64,000 bases of DNA from an uncultured Hormoscilla sp. (GCA_963921275.4 OZ001293.3:3232001-3296000); one strand, 5' to 3'; positions 10,937 to 23,590 are shown, numbered from the stretch's first letter. Translations and numbers: made by a program. The notes: generated by a model not told the origin, from the sequence alone.

Positions 10937-11689
10937 ATGGTTTCGACTTATCCCTCTTCCACAACAGCGATGTCTCTGGGGATCGCCTTAAGCACTACCC
11001 CAGAGACATGGACCCCCCAACGTCGGTGTTGGCTATTAAATCAAGGTGTGGTGCCTTATGCAGTTGCCTGGAAATGGCAGCAGCAGCTAGTTGCCAGACG
11101 GCGCGACAACCCAGAACTAGATGATGTTCTGATCTTGCTGTCCCATCCGCCGGTGTATACCCTGGGACGAGGTGCCAGTCTGGAACATCTCCAGTTCTCA
11201 CTAGCTGACAGTACCTGCGAAGTTCATCGTATAGAAAGGGGAGGTGAGGTAACATACCATTGCCCTGGTCAACTGGTAGGCTATCCGATTTTGAATCTCC
11301 GCTATTATCGACAGGACTTGCACTGGTACCTGCGACAGTTGGAAGAAGTGGCGATCCAAACCCTGGCCGTTTACGGATTAAAGGGCTATCGCCTCCCTGG
11401 GTTGACCGGCGTCTGGCTTGACGGGCGCAAAGTGGCCGCGATCGGCATCTTCGTCAGTCGTTGGATCACCATGCACGGCTTTGCCTTAAATGTTTCTCCC
11501 AACTTAGCAGGATTTGAGCGCATTGTCCCCTGCGGCCTTCCCGAGCGACCGGTAGGCAGCTTGGCAGAATTTCTTCCAGAGATTAACATAGAGGATGTAC
11601 GCCTGGCGATCTCTGCTGCCTTCAGTCGCGTTTTCCAAGTGCAGCTAGAGCCGATCGAGTTAGGCAATTCAGGGTGCATCGTTGTTTGA
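10937..11689 (+). CDS. lipB: Lipoyl(octanoyl) transferase (start uncertain)
   Basis: [44 protein letters not shown]. Confidence 0.93.
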   Translation: MVSTYPSSTTAMSLGIALSTTPETWTPQRRCWLLNQGVVPYAVAWKWQQQLVARRRDNPELDDVLILLSHPPVYTLGRGASLEHLQFSLADSTCEVHRIERGGEVTYHCPGQLVGYPILNLRYYRQDLHWYLRQLEEVAIQTLAVYGLKGYRLPGLTGVWLDGRKVAAIGIFVSRWITMHGFALNVSPNLAGFERIVPCGLPERPVGSLAEFLPEINIEDVRLAISAAFSRVFQVQLEPIELGNSGCIVV

Positions 11690-12616
11690 AATTTGAATGC
11701 CTATCCATCAGGTTGCATAAGATGTCTATTTTTTCACCTTTTGACTACAACCATGAAGCAGATCGAGAGCTAATCAGTATTAGTTCCCCAGTCATAGCTG
11801 CCCAACTTCTTTTTAGAAGAACCACACACCCGCAAGCCTAACAATACTACCATAATAGTTGCGATCGGAGCATCTGCCGCCCCATCTGCCCCAGCTTTAA
11901 TGAGGGTGCATCCCAAAGTTTCGCTAAGTACAAATACTGAGATTTCAGAGAGAGGCTTTGAGGATAATCTATAAAAGTACTCTTCATCCTGGTAGAAGTC
12001 ATGAACCCAGAGTGCGATTCGTTTAGCATAAACTAACTTGACACGAGTCAAGAAGGGGGACCGCTGGCAGGGTTTATTAGCCCTGACAACTTACAGATGA
12101 TGGTGGTGAAAGCCCACCCCTCCAGGTGCAGGAGTGACAGCACCCTCCCCACGGTAGCGATGGCATCAATCCGTGAAGCGGGAAGGAAAGGCGTAATGAC
12201 TGGCAGCCTAAACTGGTCATCGCTAAGCAAGTAGCTATGATGAGCATAATGCGAAGATTTGCAACGTCGTTACATGAAACCAGCGGAATAAGGCTAAACA
12301 CGCTGGCCCAAAAGGGAAAGGATAATGGTCACTGGCGGATATATTCCTGACCAGTAAGCACTGACAATAAACCCGGCGTAAGGAACCCATCTAAAGTTAC
12401 AAATAATCATCGGTAGGAACGAAGTAAACCGGTTGCAGTACTCTCCATCACCGGTCGATAGATGGAGTAGCCACCACAGGCGTAACATCTGCTCTCCGGA
12501 AGGCAGGTCACAACCGGGAAAGATTGAGTGGAGAAGCAAACGCCCGTCTGTAATGGATGGGATAAGCTGACGCCCTCACAGTTTCGTCAATTGTAAAGTT
12601 GTAAGTAGTAGTGAAC

Positions 12617-14559
12617 ATGTCACGGAATTCAGTCGAAAGACAAGAGTATGAATGGAAGGAGGTGCCCTGGCAAGAGCTGGAGCGCCGAGTCTTTAAGCTA
12701 CAAAAGCGAATTTACAGAGCGGCACAGGAAGGCAACAAGCAGAAAGTTCGCAAGCTCCAGGGACTATTGAACAGGTCATGATCCGCGAAGATGATAGCGG
12801 TTCGTCAGGTAACGCAACAGAACCAAGGGAAAAAGACGGCAGGAGTGGATGGTGTAAAAGCGCTGACCCCAAAGAGTCGTTTGAAACTGGTAAGCCAAAT
12901 CAAAGTCACCAGGAAGGCTAAGGCCAAACCTACGCGGCGCGTATGGATACCAAAGCCAGGAAGGGATGAAAAACGGCCATTAGGAATACCGACGATACAT
13001 GACCGCGCACTTCAGGGATTGGTCAAACAGTCGCTCGAACCCGAATGGGAAGCGTACATGGAGGTTATGCATAAGGACCGGTCGAAGATAGAGAAGGCGC
13101 AAGGAGTGATTGAAAAGTGGTTGAGGGAGATAGGACTAGAGCTAAAAGCCGAGAAAACGAGGATATCCCACACTCTGGAAGGAGAAAACCCAGGATTTGA
13201 TTTCCTAGGGTTTAACATCCGACAATACAGAGTAGGAAAATATCAAAGCGGCAGAAATGGCCACGGAACCCTCCTAGGATTCAAAACCATAATCAAGCCT
13301 AGTGACAAATCCATAAGAAATCATAAAGAGCAACTATTGCAGATAGTACGCCGCCATAAAGGAGCACCACAGGAGGCTGTGATAGCAAAACTGAACCCGG
13401 TAATAAGGGGGTGGAGTAACTATTTCAGAACGGTGGTAAGTAAGGTCACTTACAGCTCTATGGATAAACACTTGTGGGAATTGCTATGGCAATGGGCGAA
13501 GGGAAGGCATCCCAACAAATCGGGTAGATGGATTGCCAGAAAATATTGGGCCCTGACCGGGAGTGACCGGTGGAGGTTCACTGGAAAAACAAAAGGTGGA
13601 GACATCGTAAAACTGGCCCGCTACACTGAAACTGAAATAGTCGGATGGGGTCGAGCCGGGAATCGCTTCCCGACCCTCCCTTGAGGAACCGGACTTGCGA
13701 TTTTCACCGCATCCGGCTACTGGGTACTAGGCCCTTTTCATAGGTAGACTTAATAGGAATTACTTCCGTTAGCCCTTGCCGCCTGTCTTTTCTTCCCTTC
13801 CTGGTTTAGCGAGTGGTTGTTCTGATAACCGTTAGTATCACCATTTTCAAGTCAGTTTTACCAGTTATCCATACCTTATCCTCCACTTGCGTTTCGGATT
13901 AGTTCCGTGGCTTTTTAGGATTACTCATTCCAGCAGCTTCCTAGTATCACCGACCCACGTCAGCGCTGGCTACCCAGCATCATCTACATTACTGTAGATG
14001 TTATCCCAGGAATTACCCCGGGCATTCGCTTCTTGGGCCATCCCTCCCCCCGTGGCTTGCGCTTAACATCTAACTTGTCCTGATGGACAGCACACGAGAG
14101 GTTACTTCGTTCCCTAACAACATTTCGCGATACCTTTAGGTCCACACTATACCCCGGGAGCTATTTGAGTACTATATTAGCCAGAGTCTAAAACTAATAC
14201 TAGCTACCATTTCCTTTTTAGGCCAGCGCATATAGCCTTATTTCGCTGGTTTCTTATAACGGGCTTGCACATGTTTGCCTGCTCTAACCTTGGATATCTT
14301 TCCTAGCGGCGTCACCGGCTTAGGCTGCCAGTTATCCTACATTTGAGTCCTCGCTTAGCACCACGATGATGTCGCTTCGTAGCACCGAGGACCGGTGTCA
14401 CCCCCGTACCTGGGGGGAGGGGAATTTAACCCCCATGCGGTCAGAGTTCCCGGCTAATGAAACCGGGCTAGCGTTCCGTGTTTGACCACGTTAGGCTAGA
14501 ACGAATCGCACAGACACATAAAGGTAAAGGAACAGCAAGCCCGTTCGACGGTAATCTAG
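12617..14559 (+). pseudogene. ltrA: Group II intron RT pseudogene (TGA near 12779, in-frame deletion of the RT core including YADD, antisense intron insertion)
   Basis: EPEWEAYME joined directly to VMHKDR; compare the intact core at 3797-5160. Confidence 0.88.
13643..14511 (-). mobile_element. ORF-less group II intron F, copy 1 (869 nt)
   Basis: 5' GTGCGATTCGTTCTAGCC, DV, 3' CTCGACCCCATCC; flanks rejoin as TEIV|RHIKV. Confidence 0.9.
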
Positions 14560-14616
14560 CAAATGAAACCAGACCAGACTTTCACCGTCACCGGTTTACG
14601 CCTGAACGAATCGCAC
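14560..14616 (-). mobile_element. 5' end of ORF-less intron D (internally deleted); continues at 2922 on +
   Basis: GTGCGATTCGTTCAGGCG start; ends CATTTGCTAG. Confidence 0.7.
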
Positions 14617-15169
14617 CTGCATATCCTATCCATTACAGACAGGCGTTGGCTTCTCCTCGAAATCTTTCCCAGATACAACCTGCCTTCCGGAGAGCAGATG
14701 TTGCGCCTGTGTGGCTACTCAACCTATCGACCGGTGGTTGAGAGTATTTACCTGGTTTACTTCGTTCCTCTAGATGATTGGTCGTAGTTTTAGGTGGACT
14801 CTATATGCCGGGTTTGTTGTCAGTGCTTATTGGTCGAATTACAACCGCCAATGACCTGTATCCTTTCCCTTTTGGGCCAGCGTATCAGCCTTTTCGCTGG
14901 TTTGGTATAACGACACTTATGAGCCTTTGCTTTTGCTCACCATGACTACTTGCTTGACGGTAACCGGTTTAAGCTGCCAGTTATTGCGCCTTTCTCTCCC
15001 GCTTTACGGATTGATGCCATCGCTACCGTCGGAAGAGTGCTGTCACTCCTGCACCTGGAGGGGTGGGCTTTCACCACCATCATCTAAAAGTTGTCAGGGC
15101 TAATGGAACCCTGCTAGTGGTTCCATTTTTTGACATGTGTCAAGTCATTTTACAATAAACGAATCGCAC
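14617..15169 (-). mobile_element. 5' part (DI-DIII) of group II intron B
   Basis: GTGCGATTCGTTT start; colinear with 12012-12570; ends GGATATGCAG, which joins ACGCCCTCAC at 3521. Confidence 0.85.
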
Positions 15170-15411
15170 GGTAATCATCACATAATACATTTATAGTGCA
15201 AAATGTAGGTTAAAAGATAAGGATCTCGGCTTGGTGCCATTGATACTTCCCTGTAGGCACAAACAACGAGTTACAGAACAAGTACAATCCACGATTAATT
15301 TGCTGACTAATATGGAGACTTTACATCCCGATCTGTTGCTTCAGCACAACATTGAACCATCTAGTTACAAGGATGGCTTGGGCGCATCCCACTTATAGTA
15401 AGTATTTATAC

Positions 15412-15585
15412 TTATAGATTAAAACTAAGCTGATTAGAGTTTGGGAATTGACCATTGAGATAGGCGCGCCGACGACCTAGAACTTGAGGTACATTTTCCC
15501 TTCTCAACTGTACCCCAGAAATTTTGACAGGTCGCCCAATCTGTTTAATAGTTGATTCAATAGAACCAGGCCCAATTGAAATTAC
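15412..15585 (-). pseudogene. ISKra4-like transposase C-terminal remnant
   Basis: IGPGSIESTIKQIGRPVKISG..ENVPQVL..AYLNG. Confidence 0.65.
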
Positions 15586-16089
15586 TATGGCTGCGCTACC
15601 CTTCGCCATCGGCATGAAAATAGTAATAATTGACAAGGAGATGGCGATGTTTCTTGAGATAGACAATAAAGTTATCTACCTCTTTATTGTCCCAACCCTC
15701 AAAGAGAGGGATTGCATTTTCTACATCGGGAGAGCATCTCACTTTGGTATTTGCGAATGGCGTAGTATAAATGGTCGGCCTTGGCCTGGGTTTATAATAC
15801 AAAAAGTACAAATAATACGCAATCTATTGAATTACGCGAGTTACTTTGTAGTATAAATGATCGGCCTTGGCTCGGGGGTCTGGTCAAAAGCAGTTGATAG
15901 AGCAGAGAATATATTTGTCGCGCAGATGCCTAGGCAATGTCTCCGGAGTAGTGCGAATAGCGCTCTCCGGAGACATTGAAGGAGAAATTGTCTAGAATAT
16001 TTCGCGTGATTGGCTTGCTTGCTAATTTTTACCCAGTATAACCCAACCGTTTTTGACCGCACCCGGGGTGCGGTCAAAACCAGTTGATA

Positions 16090-16255
16090 AAAACTTTGAG
16101 GCTTTACTACTTCCCAGAAGGGAGAAGTCACTTTGGCCGCCTGCGCTCTCGAAGCCTAGTCCTGAAAAATCGGCATCTCCTCCGCTTCTGGTGGCAGTGA
16201 GAAAGCATCTGGACGGTATCGCCGGTTAAAGCCCGAGGCCATTGCCCTTAGCTGC
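16090..16255 (-). pseudogene. Degenerate partial copy of the 5' part of the methyltransferase at 20077
   Basis: RRYRPDAF..MPIFQD*..KVTSPFWEVVKPQ; 37/38 nt identity to 20290-20327. Confidence 0.7.
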
Positions 16256-16972
16256 ACCTAATTTGAGCGCGATCGCTGGCACCACGACCCAGCACTAAAA
16301 GGACGATCGATCGGTTTTTTCTGGCGAGCAGTTGCAGCTTGCGCCTCCCCTATGATATGCTGCTATACTCGCAATAGTTGGATTATGTTGATCGGAACTA
16401 CGGAAGCAGCGGCTCTTTTAAGCATTTCCGCCCAAAGAGTCAGGCTGCTATTAAAGCAGGGTGTGGTCAAAAGTAATTGATAGAGTAGAGGAGAAAAGCT
16501 GTCCCCTTGGGTCAATTATGATAATCATTATCATTCTCTTTTACCAAGGAGAACTTTGGTTCACAGCATGTAAGCAGGTGGGCGTAAATCAACTGGCCTC
16601 TGTTAAGAAATGTCTTATCGCGCCCATCTACTTCTGGAAGAGGCTTGAGCGCCAACTTAACAAAACTTTACTGTCGTTGAGTTGACTTATGCACAGCTAC
16701 TTATCAATAGTATATAATGTGGTTTTGTGGGATTTTTTTGTAATATCTGTACAAGCATTCTGGGCAATTTATAACCTATAAGTTGCTCTGCACGTGGCGA
16801 ATGCGCTCGTGGGGCTCCGGACGACTGCATGGCGACTACCCCTGGAGCTGCACTGGCCCTTACTGCGCTGGGATCTTCTGTACTCTTAAATAATCACACT
16901 CCAGCAGCATATTTCAAGCCAAGTCGTAGTCTTGAAGCAGTCAAACTTCTTAACAGGAAGATATGGTTATTA

Positions 16973-18260
16973 CTACCCTGGTATTTTTGCTCGGAGGGTC
17001 TCAAGTTGCCAAAAATCCGACCAGCAATTATTAGCTTGTAGAATGAGTAGCCCTAACATCGGATTAATATTATCAGGATGCCAAGTCGCCCCGGGAATCT
17101 TTAACCTTTTTTGGGGTATATAGCGATGAGCACTTTCAATTTCTCCTGAACCGATGGGTAAACCTAAGGAGAGCAACCGGTGATAATTAATACAATCAGA
17201 AAAGCCTTGCAGATACTTACACAAACGAGATAAACGCTCTTGACCTTTTGCGGTGAGCAATGCCTTCCTGCTTCCGAGACATTCTGGAAAATTTGTCAAC
17301 AGTTGCTGTACTTTCCCTGCATCAATTTTCGATAGTTCTTCATTTACCAAATCTTGTTTTTCGCTTCCCTCCAGCCCCAGAGCTAGCGCGACGGCGTCGC
17401 GGCGTATCAGCGGTTTCATAAAGATGTTGTTTGAGATGACAACGCTCCAGGATAAATTGCAAGTTGTTAAATTGTAAGTTGTCAAATTGCTCCTGGAGTT
17501 CTGAGGGTAGCCCATTACCACCATCTCCGACTGCATAGACGTGACGCGCGTAGTGACATCCCTTGATCTATTGCTGCACTTACCAATTGATTTACAAGGA
17601 TAGGATACTTGCTCATTTATGCTAGAAAATTGCGCTTTTCTTTGTTTTGAACTGGACTTTTCTTACCAACTCTGACTTCTCGCCACTAGTTCGCTCTTTT
17701 TTCGGCAGTTGCCGTTTTTTTGTTAACTGCTGGGTTTGAGCTGATTGGAAAATGCCAGTACTCAGATGACTACCATCAAGTTCCACCAAAATTTGATCAA
17801 CTCTAGGTCTGACATCGAGGGGTTTATCATATTCTGCTCTTGAACGTTCTAGTCGTTGGGAAACATACTCCTCTGCCTGGGGAGCAATTTTGACTACCGC
17901 TCTTCTAAGGAGATAAGGATCAATACTCCACCCATAGTGTTGTTCAAATTGTTTAGCTGCTTGTTGATAAGATTGACTGATTCCCAAAGATACCAATCGC
18001 GCATCGCGTAGCGTGGCGCAGCTATAGCTTTTATCTTAGCTGGAGAACGACATCGGTAATGCCTAATTGGTTTTTGACTGCAGGAGTCCCCTGGGAAAGT
18101 CTTGCGGTTCCATAAATAGGGTGATTCTACCTCTATCGGACCAAAAAGCACTCCATATTTTATTCGTATTTGACGGTGAACCTGATATCCTTTTTCCAAG
18201 TCATCTGTTGTCAGTTGAGAACTTAAGTAGCTCAAAATCATCGACATTAGTTGCCGATTA
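16973..18260 (-). mobile_element. ISKra4-family transposase pseudogene (fragmented)
   Basis: LFGPIEVESPY, LVELDGSH, GLPIGSGEIESAHRYIPQKRLK. Confidence 0.75.
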
Positions 18261-18499
18261 AGCGTAATAGCTTGAAAATTTCTCCTCTGAACGGATCTGT
18301 ACCTTATTCGTGCTCAGAAGATTCTCGGGAGCGAATGGTATTAAACAACGATTGACAAACTTCCGTATTGGACATCTGTATAACGTCAGTTCGATAGTTG
18401 TCAGTTGTTAGTTGTCAGTACTATATCCTGTAGCATGTGCTCTTGTTGCAAACAGCAAAAATACGGCTCTTCTCAATTTAGTATGCTAAATTGATGCTA

Positions 18500-19184
18500 A
18501 AAGCACCAGCAAAGTAGACTACGCAAGCGAAAATTATCCAAATTTTTAAACCCATATCCCTGACGCTTAATTAACTTGAGACGGTTATTTATTCCTTCTA
18601 CAGTTCCTTGAGTTGTCCTCGATTCAAAATAACCAACCACTTCTCCAAATCATCGAATAATTGTCCTCACACACAAAAATACTCTTTGGCCGAGCCAATC
18701 AATTAAAAGTAAGGTAGGATTTGCCTCTTTTTCAGATCTCTCGTAAATATTCCGTAGCTGTTCCTTGATGCGGTGCATTTCCCCTAACGATTTTTTCTTG
18801 AATTTCTCTCAATTTTTTTGTTCATTGTTCAAATATTTTTCATTTCTTTCTCATTTTTTAGCAACTTTACTTTTGTTTAACCCTGATCATATCGCCTTGA
18901 CGCTTATTTTTAATTTTATTAGTGGCATTTTTGATCTTTTTTCTTTCAGCATCTAGTTCTTCATTTACCTGTTTAAATACGTGAAAACGCTCGGCGACAA
19001 CTTCAGCATTCGGCTCTGTCACTAAACTTTTATACGGTTTCCACAGGTCGATACTTACTTCTTCTATACCATTTAAGACATCATCACCCCATGATAGCAA
19101 GACTTCTCGCAAATCTTCTTGTCGTCGAGACGGGACGATTTCCAAAAGTTTGCTATTATCAATGTCCACGCCATCTACGCCCAT
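18500..19184 (-). mobile_element. ISL3-family transposase remnant
   Basis: IEEVSIDLWKPYK..PNAEVVAERFHV; downstream GTVEGINKRLKLIKRQGYGF. Confidence 0.8.
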
Positions 19185-19594
19185 AATCTTCTAGAATTGT
19201 TTGCGGAGAATCCGGAGATACTACAATTAATAATTCCCCATCGTCTTAATCCAGCAACCTAAGGAGCATGTCCCCAAACTGAACGTTTTTGTTCTAATAT
19301 CATTGATTCTTTAGCTTTTAAGTTGCGGAACAGAGTTTGAGCTGCTACCAGTTCTCCTTGATTATTAGTAACTTGGTCTGTTTTACGAATTCTAATTCTA
19401 AATAAATTTTATTCTTTAACAAAAAATTAAACCATTCTTTTCTAACAAATTCTCTATCTCCAGCTAAGTAATCAATCCGTTCCAAAAATATTCAAAAAAC
19501 CATTATACTTTTTCGTTCTTCAGTATTGCCTTTTTTGTTTAATAAAGAAAATTGAAAATTCTCTTCCATTATTAGCAATAAATTGTTTGTATTT

Positions 19595-20012
19595 TTATTT
19601 CCATACAACAGTTCGATCTAAAGTCAGCACCCATTTATGATGACTCAGACGTAGAAAATTTACTATAGCTTTAGCATGAGCCGATTCGTCAATCTTGAAT
19701 GATTTAAAAAACCTTTGCAGAGGTTTATAATTAGAATAAATTTGAGCTCCTGTCGCAATTTGAACCAAATTTACAGTTTTTACAGCAAATAAAGCTATCA
19801 AAAAATTAGACAAGAAGTTAATTCTTGCGGCATGCCATTGAAAAATTTATTTTAATTCTTTTGAGAGTAAATCAATGTGATTCATAATTACAGGTTATGT
19901 ATGAGGACTTAGTCGCTCTTAGCATAAGTCACGTAGTAATGTCAAGGTTTTACTTGATATCGCTTGAAATCATTTATTGGTATGGGTTGAGCGCGTTTTG
20001 TCCTGTACTGAG
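19595..20012 (-). mobile_element. IS4-family transposase 5' remnant with probable left end
   Basis: FLIALFAVKTVNL..SNYK.LQRFF..LTLDRT; end CTCAGTACAGGACAAAA. Confidence 0.7.
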
Positions 20013-20076
20013 GATAGAGTGATGGCGAAATATACATCAAGTCAAGGTAAATTGTAGATGAGGAGATTTAAGTTAG

Positions 20077-20823
20077 TTGTCACAGCGAATGTCAAAACAA
20101 AGTAAGGGTAAGGGGCTGAAGGATGGTGAATGGTTCGGTGGGGCTAATGAATCAGATGTCTGGCAGGGGCAGTTAGCAGCGGTGGCCTATCGTTTTAACC
20201 AGCAATACCGGGGAGATGCTTTCGATCTGCCGTCAGAAGTGCAGGCCATGCCGATTTTTCAGGAGTGGACTTCAGGGTCACTGACGGCAAAAGTGGCTTC
20301 TCCCTTCTGGGAAGTAGTAAAGCCTCAAAAGGGTGACCTCTGTCTGGATCTAGGCTGTGGGGTGAGTTTTTTGATCTATCCCTGGCACGAGTGGGGCGCT
20401 TTGTTTTACGGTCAGGAAATTAGCACGGTGGCGCAGTCGGGTCTGAATAGTCGCGGACCACAGCTGAATTCTAAGCTGTTTAAGGGAGTAGAGTTGTCGG
20501 CGGCGCACCAGCTGAATTATCAACCCTCTCAGTTCGATCTGGCGATCACCACTGGTTGGAGTTGCTATTACTCCTTGGATTACTGGGAGGTAGTGATGTC
20601 CGAAGTGAAGCGGGTACTCAAACCTACGGGGATGTTTGTGTTCGATCTCCTAGATCCAGAAACTCCCCAGGCTGAAAATTGGGCGATCCTGGAAACATAT
20701 ATGGGGGCGGAGGTATTTTTGTCATCTCTAGCAGATTGGGAAAAAATAATCGAATCAACGGGTGCGAAAATCCTCAAACGCAAACGAGGAGAATTATTTA
20801 CCCTTTACGGGGTAAAATTTTGA
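20077..20823 (+). CDS. Class I SAM-dependent methyltransferase
   Basis: LDLGCG, FDLAI, VKRVLKPTG. Confidence 0.85.
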   Translation: MSQRMSKQSKGKGLKDGEWFGGANESDVWQGQLAAVAYRFNQQYRGDAFDLPSEVQAMPIFQEWTSGSLTAKVASPFWEVVKPQKGDLCLDLGCGVSFLIYPWHEWGALFYGQEISTVAQSGLNSRGPQLNSKLFKGVELSAAHQLNYQPSQFDLAITTGWSCYYSLDYWEVVMSEVKRVLKPTGMFVFDLLDPETPQAENWAILETYMGAEVFLSSLADWEKIIESTGAKILKRKRGELFTLYGVKF

Positions 20824-21013
20824 TCTGTGGTCAAACGTCGGGCGGGCGTCTCGCCTGCCCGAGAAAAACCCAGGCCCGATAATTAGGTCGAAGAAGGCGG
20901 GGCAATACCATTTTTTTAAGGATATGATAGACTAGAAGCGCCAGGAGTCTAGATTTGGGGTTATTGTTCTCCTTCACAAATTTAATAAATTGCTATAAGG
21001 GGAAAGATACAAG

Positions 21014-21853
21014 ATGTCGGGTACAACGGAATCTTCAGGGGGAAGAATTTGGCTGATTGGCGGGACAACTGAAAGTGCTCAACTGGCACGGAAACTCGCC
21101 CAATCCCAAATTTTATGTACTGTGACTGTAACTACTACAGCGGCCCGATCGCTCTATCGGCTTTCGCCTTATGTGCGGGTGCAGGTGGGTTCGATATCCC
21201 CCAGAGGGAAGGCGCTTAAAAGCACTACCCCAGAGATATCGCAGATAGATGCTGCTATGATAGATGATTTTTTGCAGCAAGAGCAAATTGTGGCGATTTT
21301 GGATGCTACCCATCCTTATGCAGTGGAAATTTCCCGGATGGCGATCGCAGCCGCCGTCCAATATCACCTTCCCTATCTCCGCTACGAACGTCCAGAATTA
21401 AAGAACCACCCATGGCAGGCGATCGCCTGCTTAGAAAGCTTCGAGCAATTGCTAGCAGGAGATTACCTGAAAGGACAAAGAGTGCTGCTAACAGTGGGTT
21501 ATAAACCCTTACCACTGTTCGGTTCCTGGCAAGAAAAAACCACTCTATTTGCCCGCATCCTCCCCTCACTCACATCCCTAGAAACCGCATTAGCAGCTGG
21601 TTTCACCTCCGATCGAATTATTGCCATCCGTCCTCCTGTCCCCGCTAATATAGAAAGGGAACTCTGGCGTCATTGGCAAATTTCCCTGGTTGTTACTAAA
21701 GCTTCTGGCGTAGCTGGGGGAGAAGATATTAAGCGCGCTGTGGCAGCTGAGTTAGGCATTCCTTTAATTGCGATCGCCCGCCCCTCTGTTAACTATCCCC
21801 AACAAACCAGCGACTTATCAGTTGCCATAGCATTTTGCTTGGCTAATTGCTAA
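21014..21853 (+). CDS. cobK: Cobalt-precorrin-6A reductase (CbiJ/CobK)
   Basis: WLIGGTTES, LDATHPYA, YLRYER, VVTKASG; in-frame insert at 21192-21241. Confidence 0.9.
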   Translation: MSGTTESSGGRIWLIGGTTESAQLARKLAQSQILCTVTVTTTAARSLYRLSPYVRVQVGSISPRGKALKSTTPEISQIDAAMIDDFLQQEQIVAILDATHPYAVEISRMAIAAAVQYHLPYLRYERPELKNHPWQAIACLESFEQLLAGDYLKGQRVLLTVGYKPLPLFGSWQEKTTLFARILPSLTSLETALAAGFTSDRIIAIRPPVPANIERELWRHWQISLVVTKASGVAGGEDIKRAVAAELGIPLIAIARPSVNYPQQTSDLSVAIAFCLANC

Positions 21854-22922
21854 TTTTTAGCATTTCTCGAGCGGCAGTATCTTGAGTAATTATCTTTCCC
21901 TGGCGATCGAACAAAATCGTACCTACCTTGAGAGATACATCTGCATATTTTTGTACGTAATCCTGGGATTTTTGGCTAATCTTTTCCGCCAGGTATCCGA
22001 ACACAGCTTCAGCAAGTCCCAGCATGAGAAGTTCCCGATAAGCAGCATCAGCAGTTTTAGCATTTAACACCCCTTGCACTGCTGGCATACTGCCCCCCAT
22101 TTGGACTACAGCAGCGCTGATAATTTCTAATTTAGCATCAGCTAGATGATTGGAAGTGTTAAAAATGCCTCCAGCTAGTTTAATCAACTTACCCTGATAT
22201 CCAATCAAAAGTACAGATTCAGCACTGCGCCACCCTGCTTCTACTAATAAACTACCTATCCAGTTTCCAGTTTGCACGACAGTTGTTTCTGGTATTGCTA
22301 ACCGCCGGGCAACTTGCAGACCATTGCTACCCAGACAAAATACTAGATGGGACTCGTCTTTAACTTTCTGCTGCAAGTCTTGGCGAAACGCTTCTAGATG
22401 GTCAGCAGCAGAAAGGGGTTGGCTGATGCCACTGGTTCCTAATAAACTTAATCCTTCTATGATACCAAAAGCTTCATTAGAGGTACGTTGGGCTAGCTGA
22501 CGACCCTCCGGCAGGATAATACAAACAGTTGCGGTTCGATCTGGAGGAATGAGGGGCAATAAATTAGTCTGAAACAGTTTGCGAGCATAGCTATAAATGG
22601 CCGGTTGTCCAGTGGGAGTTTTCCCCAACCCGGCCCCCGCTTCTAGGACTAAACTTTCCCTGCCTCGGGAGTACAATTTTACCCAGGCCCAGATTTGAGT
22701 ATTGCGCGTCAAGTCTAAATTATCTCCCGGGTCGCTAATGGCGATCGCCAATGCGGAACTAGCATCCAAACTTGCCACTTGGTGGATAGGAATATCTGCC
22801 GATCCCGGCAGCAAGTCCAGGGATATTGCCTGTTTAGCGTCTGTGGGTTCTATCAAATGAACCAGGGCCGCCTTAGCAGCAGCAACAGCGAATACTGGTA
22901 ACGTGTAGCCTGTGCGAGCCAT
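21843..22922 (-). CDS. cbiD: Cobalt-precorrin-5B C1-methyltransferase
   Basis: RTGYTLP, DPGDNLDLT, RTSNEAFGIIEGLSLLGTSG, GKLIKLAGG. Confidence 0.92.
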   Translation of the reverse strand: MARTGYTLPVFAVAAAKAALVHLIEPTDAKQAISLDLLPGSADIPIHQVASLDASSALAIAISDPGDNLDLTRNTQIWAWVKLYSRGRESLVLEAGAGLGKTPTGQPAIYSYARKLFQTNLLPLIPPDRTATVCIILPEGRQLAQRTSNEAFGIIEGLSLLGTSGISQPLSAADHLEAFRQDLQQKVKDESHLVFCLGSNGLQVARRLAIPETTVVQTGNWIGSLLVEAGWRSAESVLLIGYQGKLIKLAGGIFNTSNHLADAKLEIISAAVVQMGGSMPAVQGVLNAKTADAAYRELLMLGLAEAVFGYLAEKISQKSQDYVQKYADVSLKVGTILFDRQGKIITQDTAAREMLKISN

Positions 22923-23391
22923 TTATAAATCCTAGGACGAGCAACATGAGCTGTCCCTTGTCAGAATAGAGGACGGGGTAATATTTATTATAACTCATAT
23001 CTTGGACAAGAGGCTCTGCCTCTAGAATATCGTGCCAGTCTGAGAGTCCGCAGGGTAATATATACTGCGGGACAAATAGCTAAGGGTAGTGGTCAAGATG
23101 TAGTGATTTAACTATGGTCCTGTGTTCCCCCTTTTGTGCTCCTAACGCTCCCAACACAGCCCTCCCAGGGTTTCAATGGCTAAAATCACTACTTGTACCC
23201 TCGCCTGACCCACTACCTAGCTAAGTTGTGCCTTTTAGCTGCTCTCAGATGATATCCTCACGCAGGACTCCTTCAATTGACACAATTAAATCAGCACCGT
23301 CGGCTAAAGAGGGAGTCTGGAAACCGACTAAAAGCTGTCCAGCCAGCACTTTTTTGACAATGGTAACAGCTGTATAGGCTGTTAGGGTATA

Positions 23392-23590
23392 GTTATTCCA
23401 GCTTTTTACAAATGCTGCACTGGCAATTCAGCACCCTATTGCCTGTTTAACAACACCCGACAGAGCTTAGAGCTAGCCACGCACCCCAAGGTGTCATGAC
23501 TGGAATAACGCTTACATTCACGGTGAGCTTGACCGACCTGATTAGCCTTGAACAGATTTAACTGTCTTTAGCTAGGGTTTGTGGTTGGTC
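23392..23590 (-). ncRNA. omegaRNA/HEARO-like scaffold without an adjacent IscB/IsrB ORF, probably 3'-truncated
   Basis: GACCAACC..GGTCGGTC 5' hairpin; GCGTTATTCCAGTCATGACACCTTGGGGTGCGTGGCTAGCTCTAAGCTCTGTC; GTTAAACAG..CAGTG..AAAAAGCTGGAATAAC, with GTTATTCCAG/CTGGAATAAC pairing. Confidence 0.65.

Larger units (their letters stand above)
12012..14559 (+). mobile_element. RT-encoding group II intron A, 5' part to just before the HNH domain
   Basis: GTGCGATTCGTT start, DI-DIII motifs, RT ORF from 12617; breaks at GGTAATCTAG. Confidence 0.88.

Noticed and set aside
22923..23084. Cobalamin riboswitch upstream of cbiD
   Set aside because: No recognisable B12-box or core motifs by eye.
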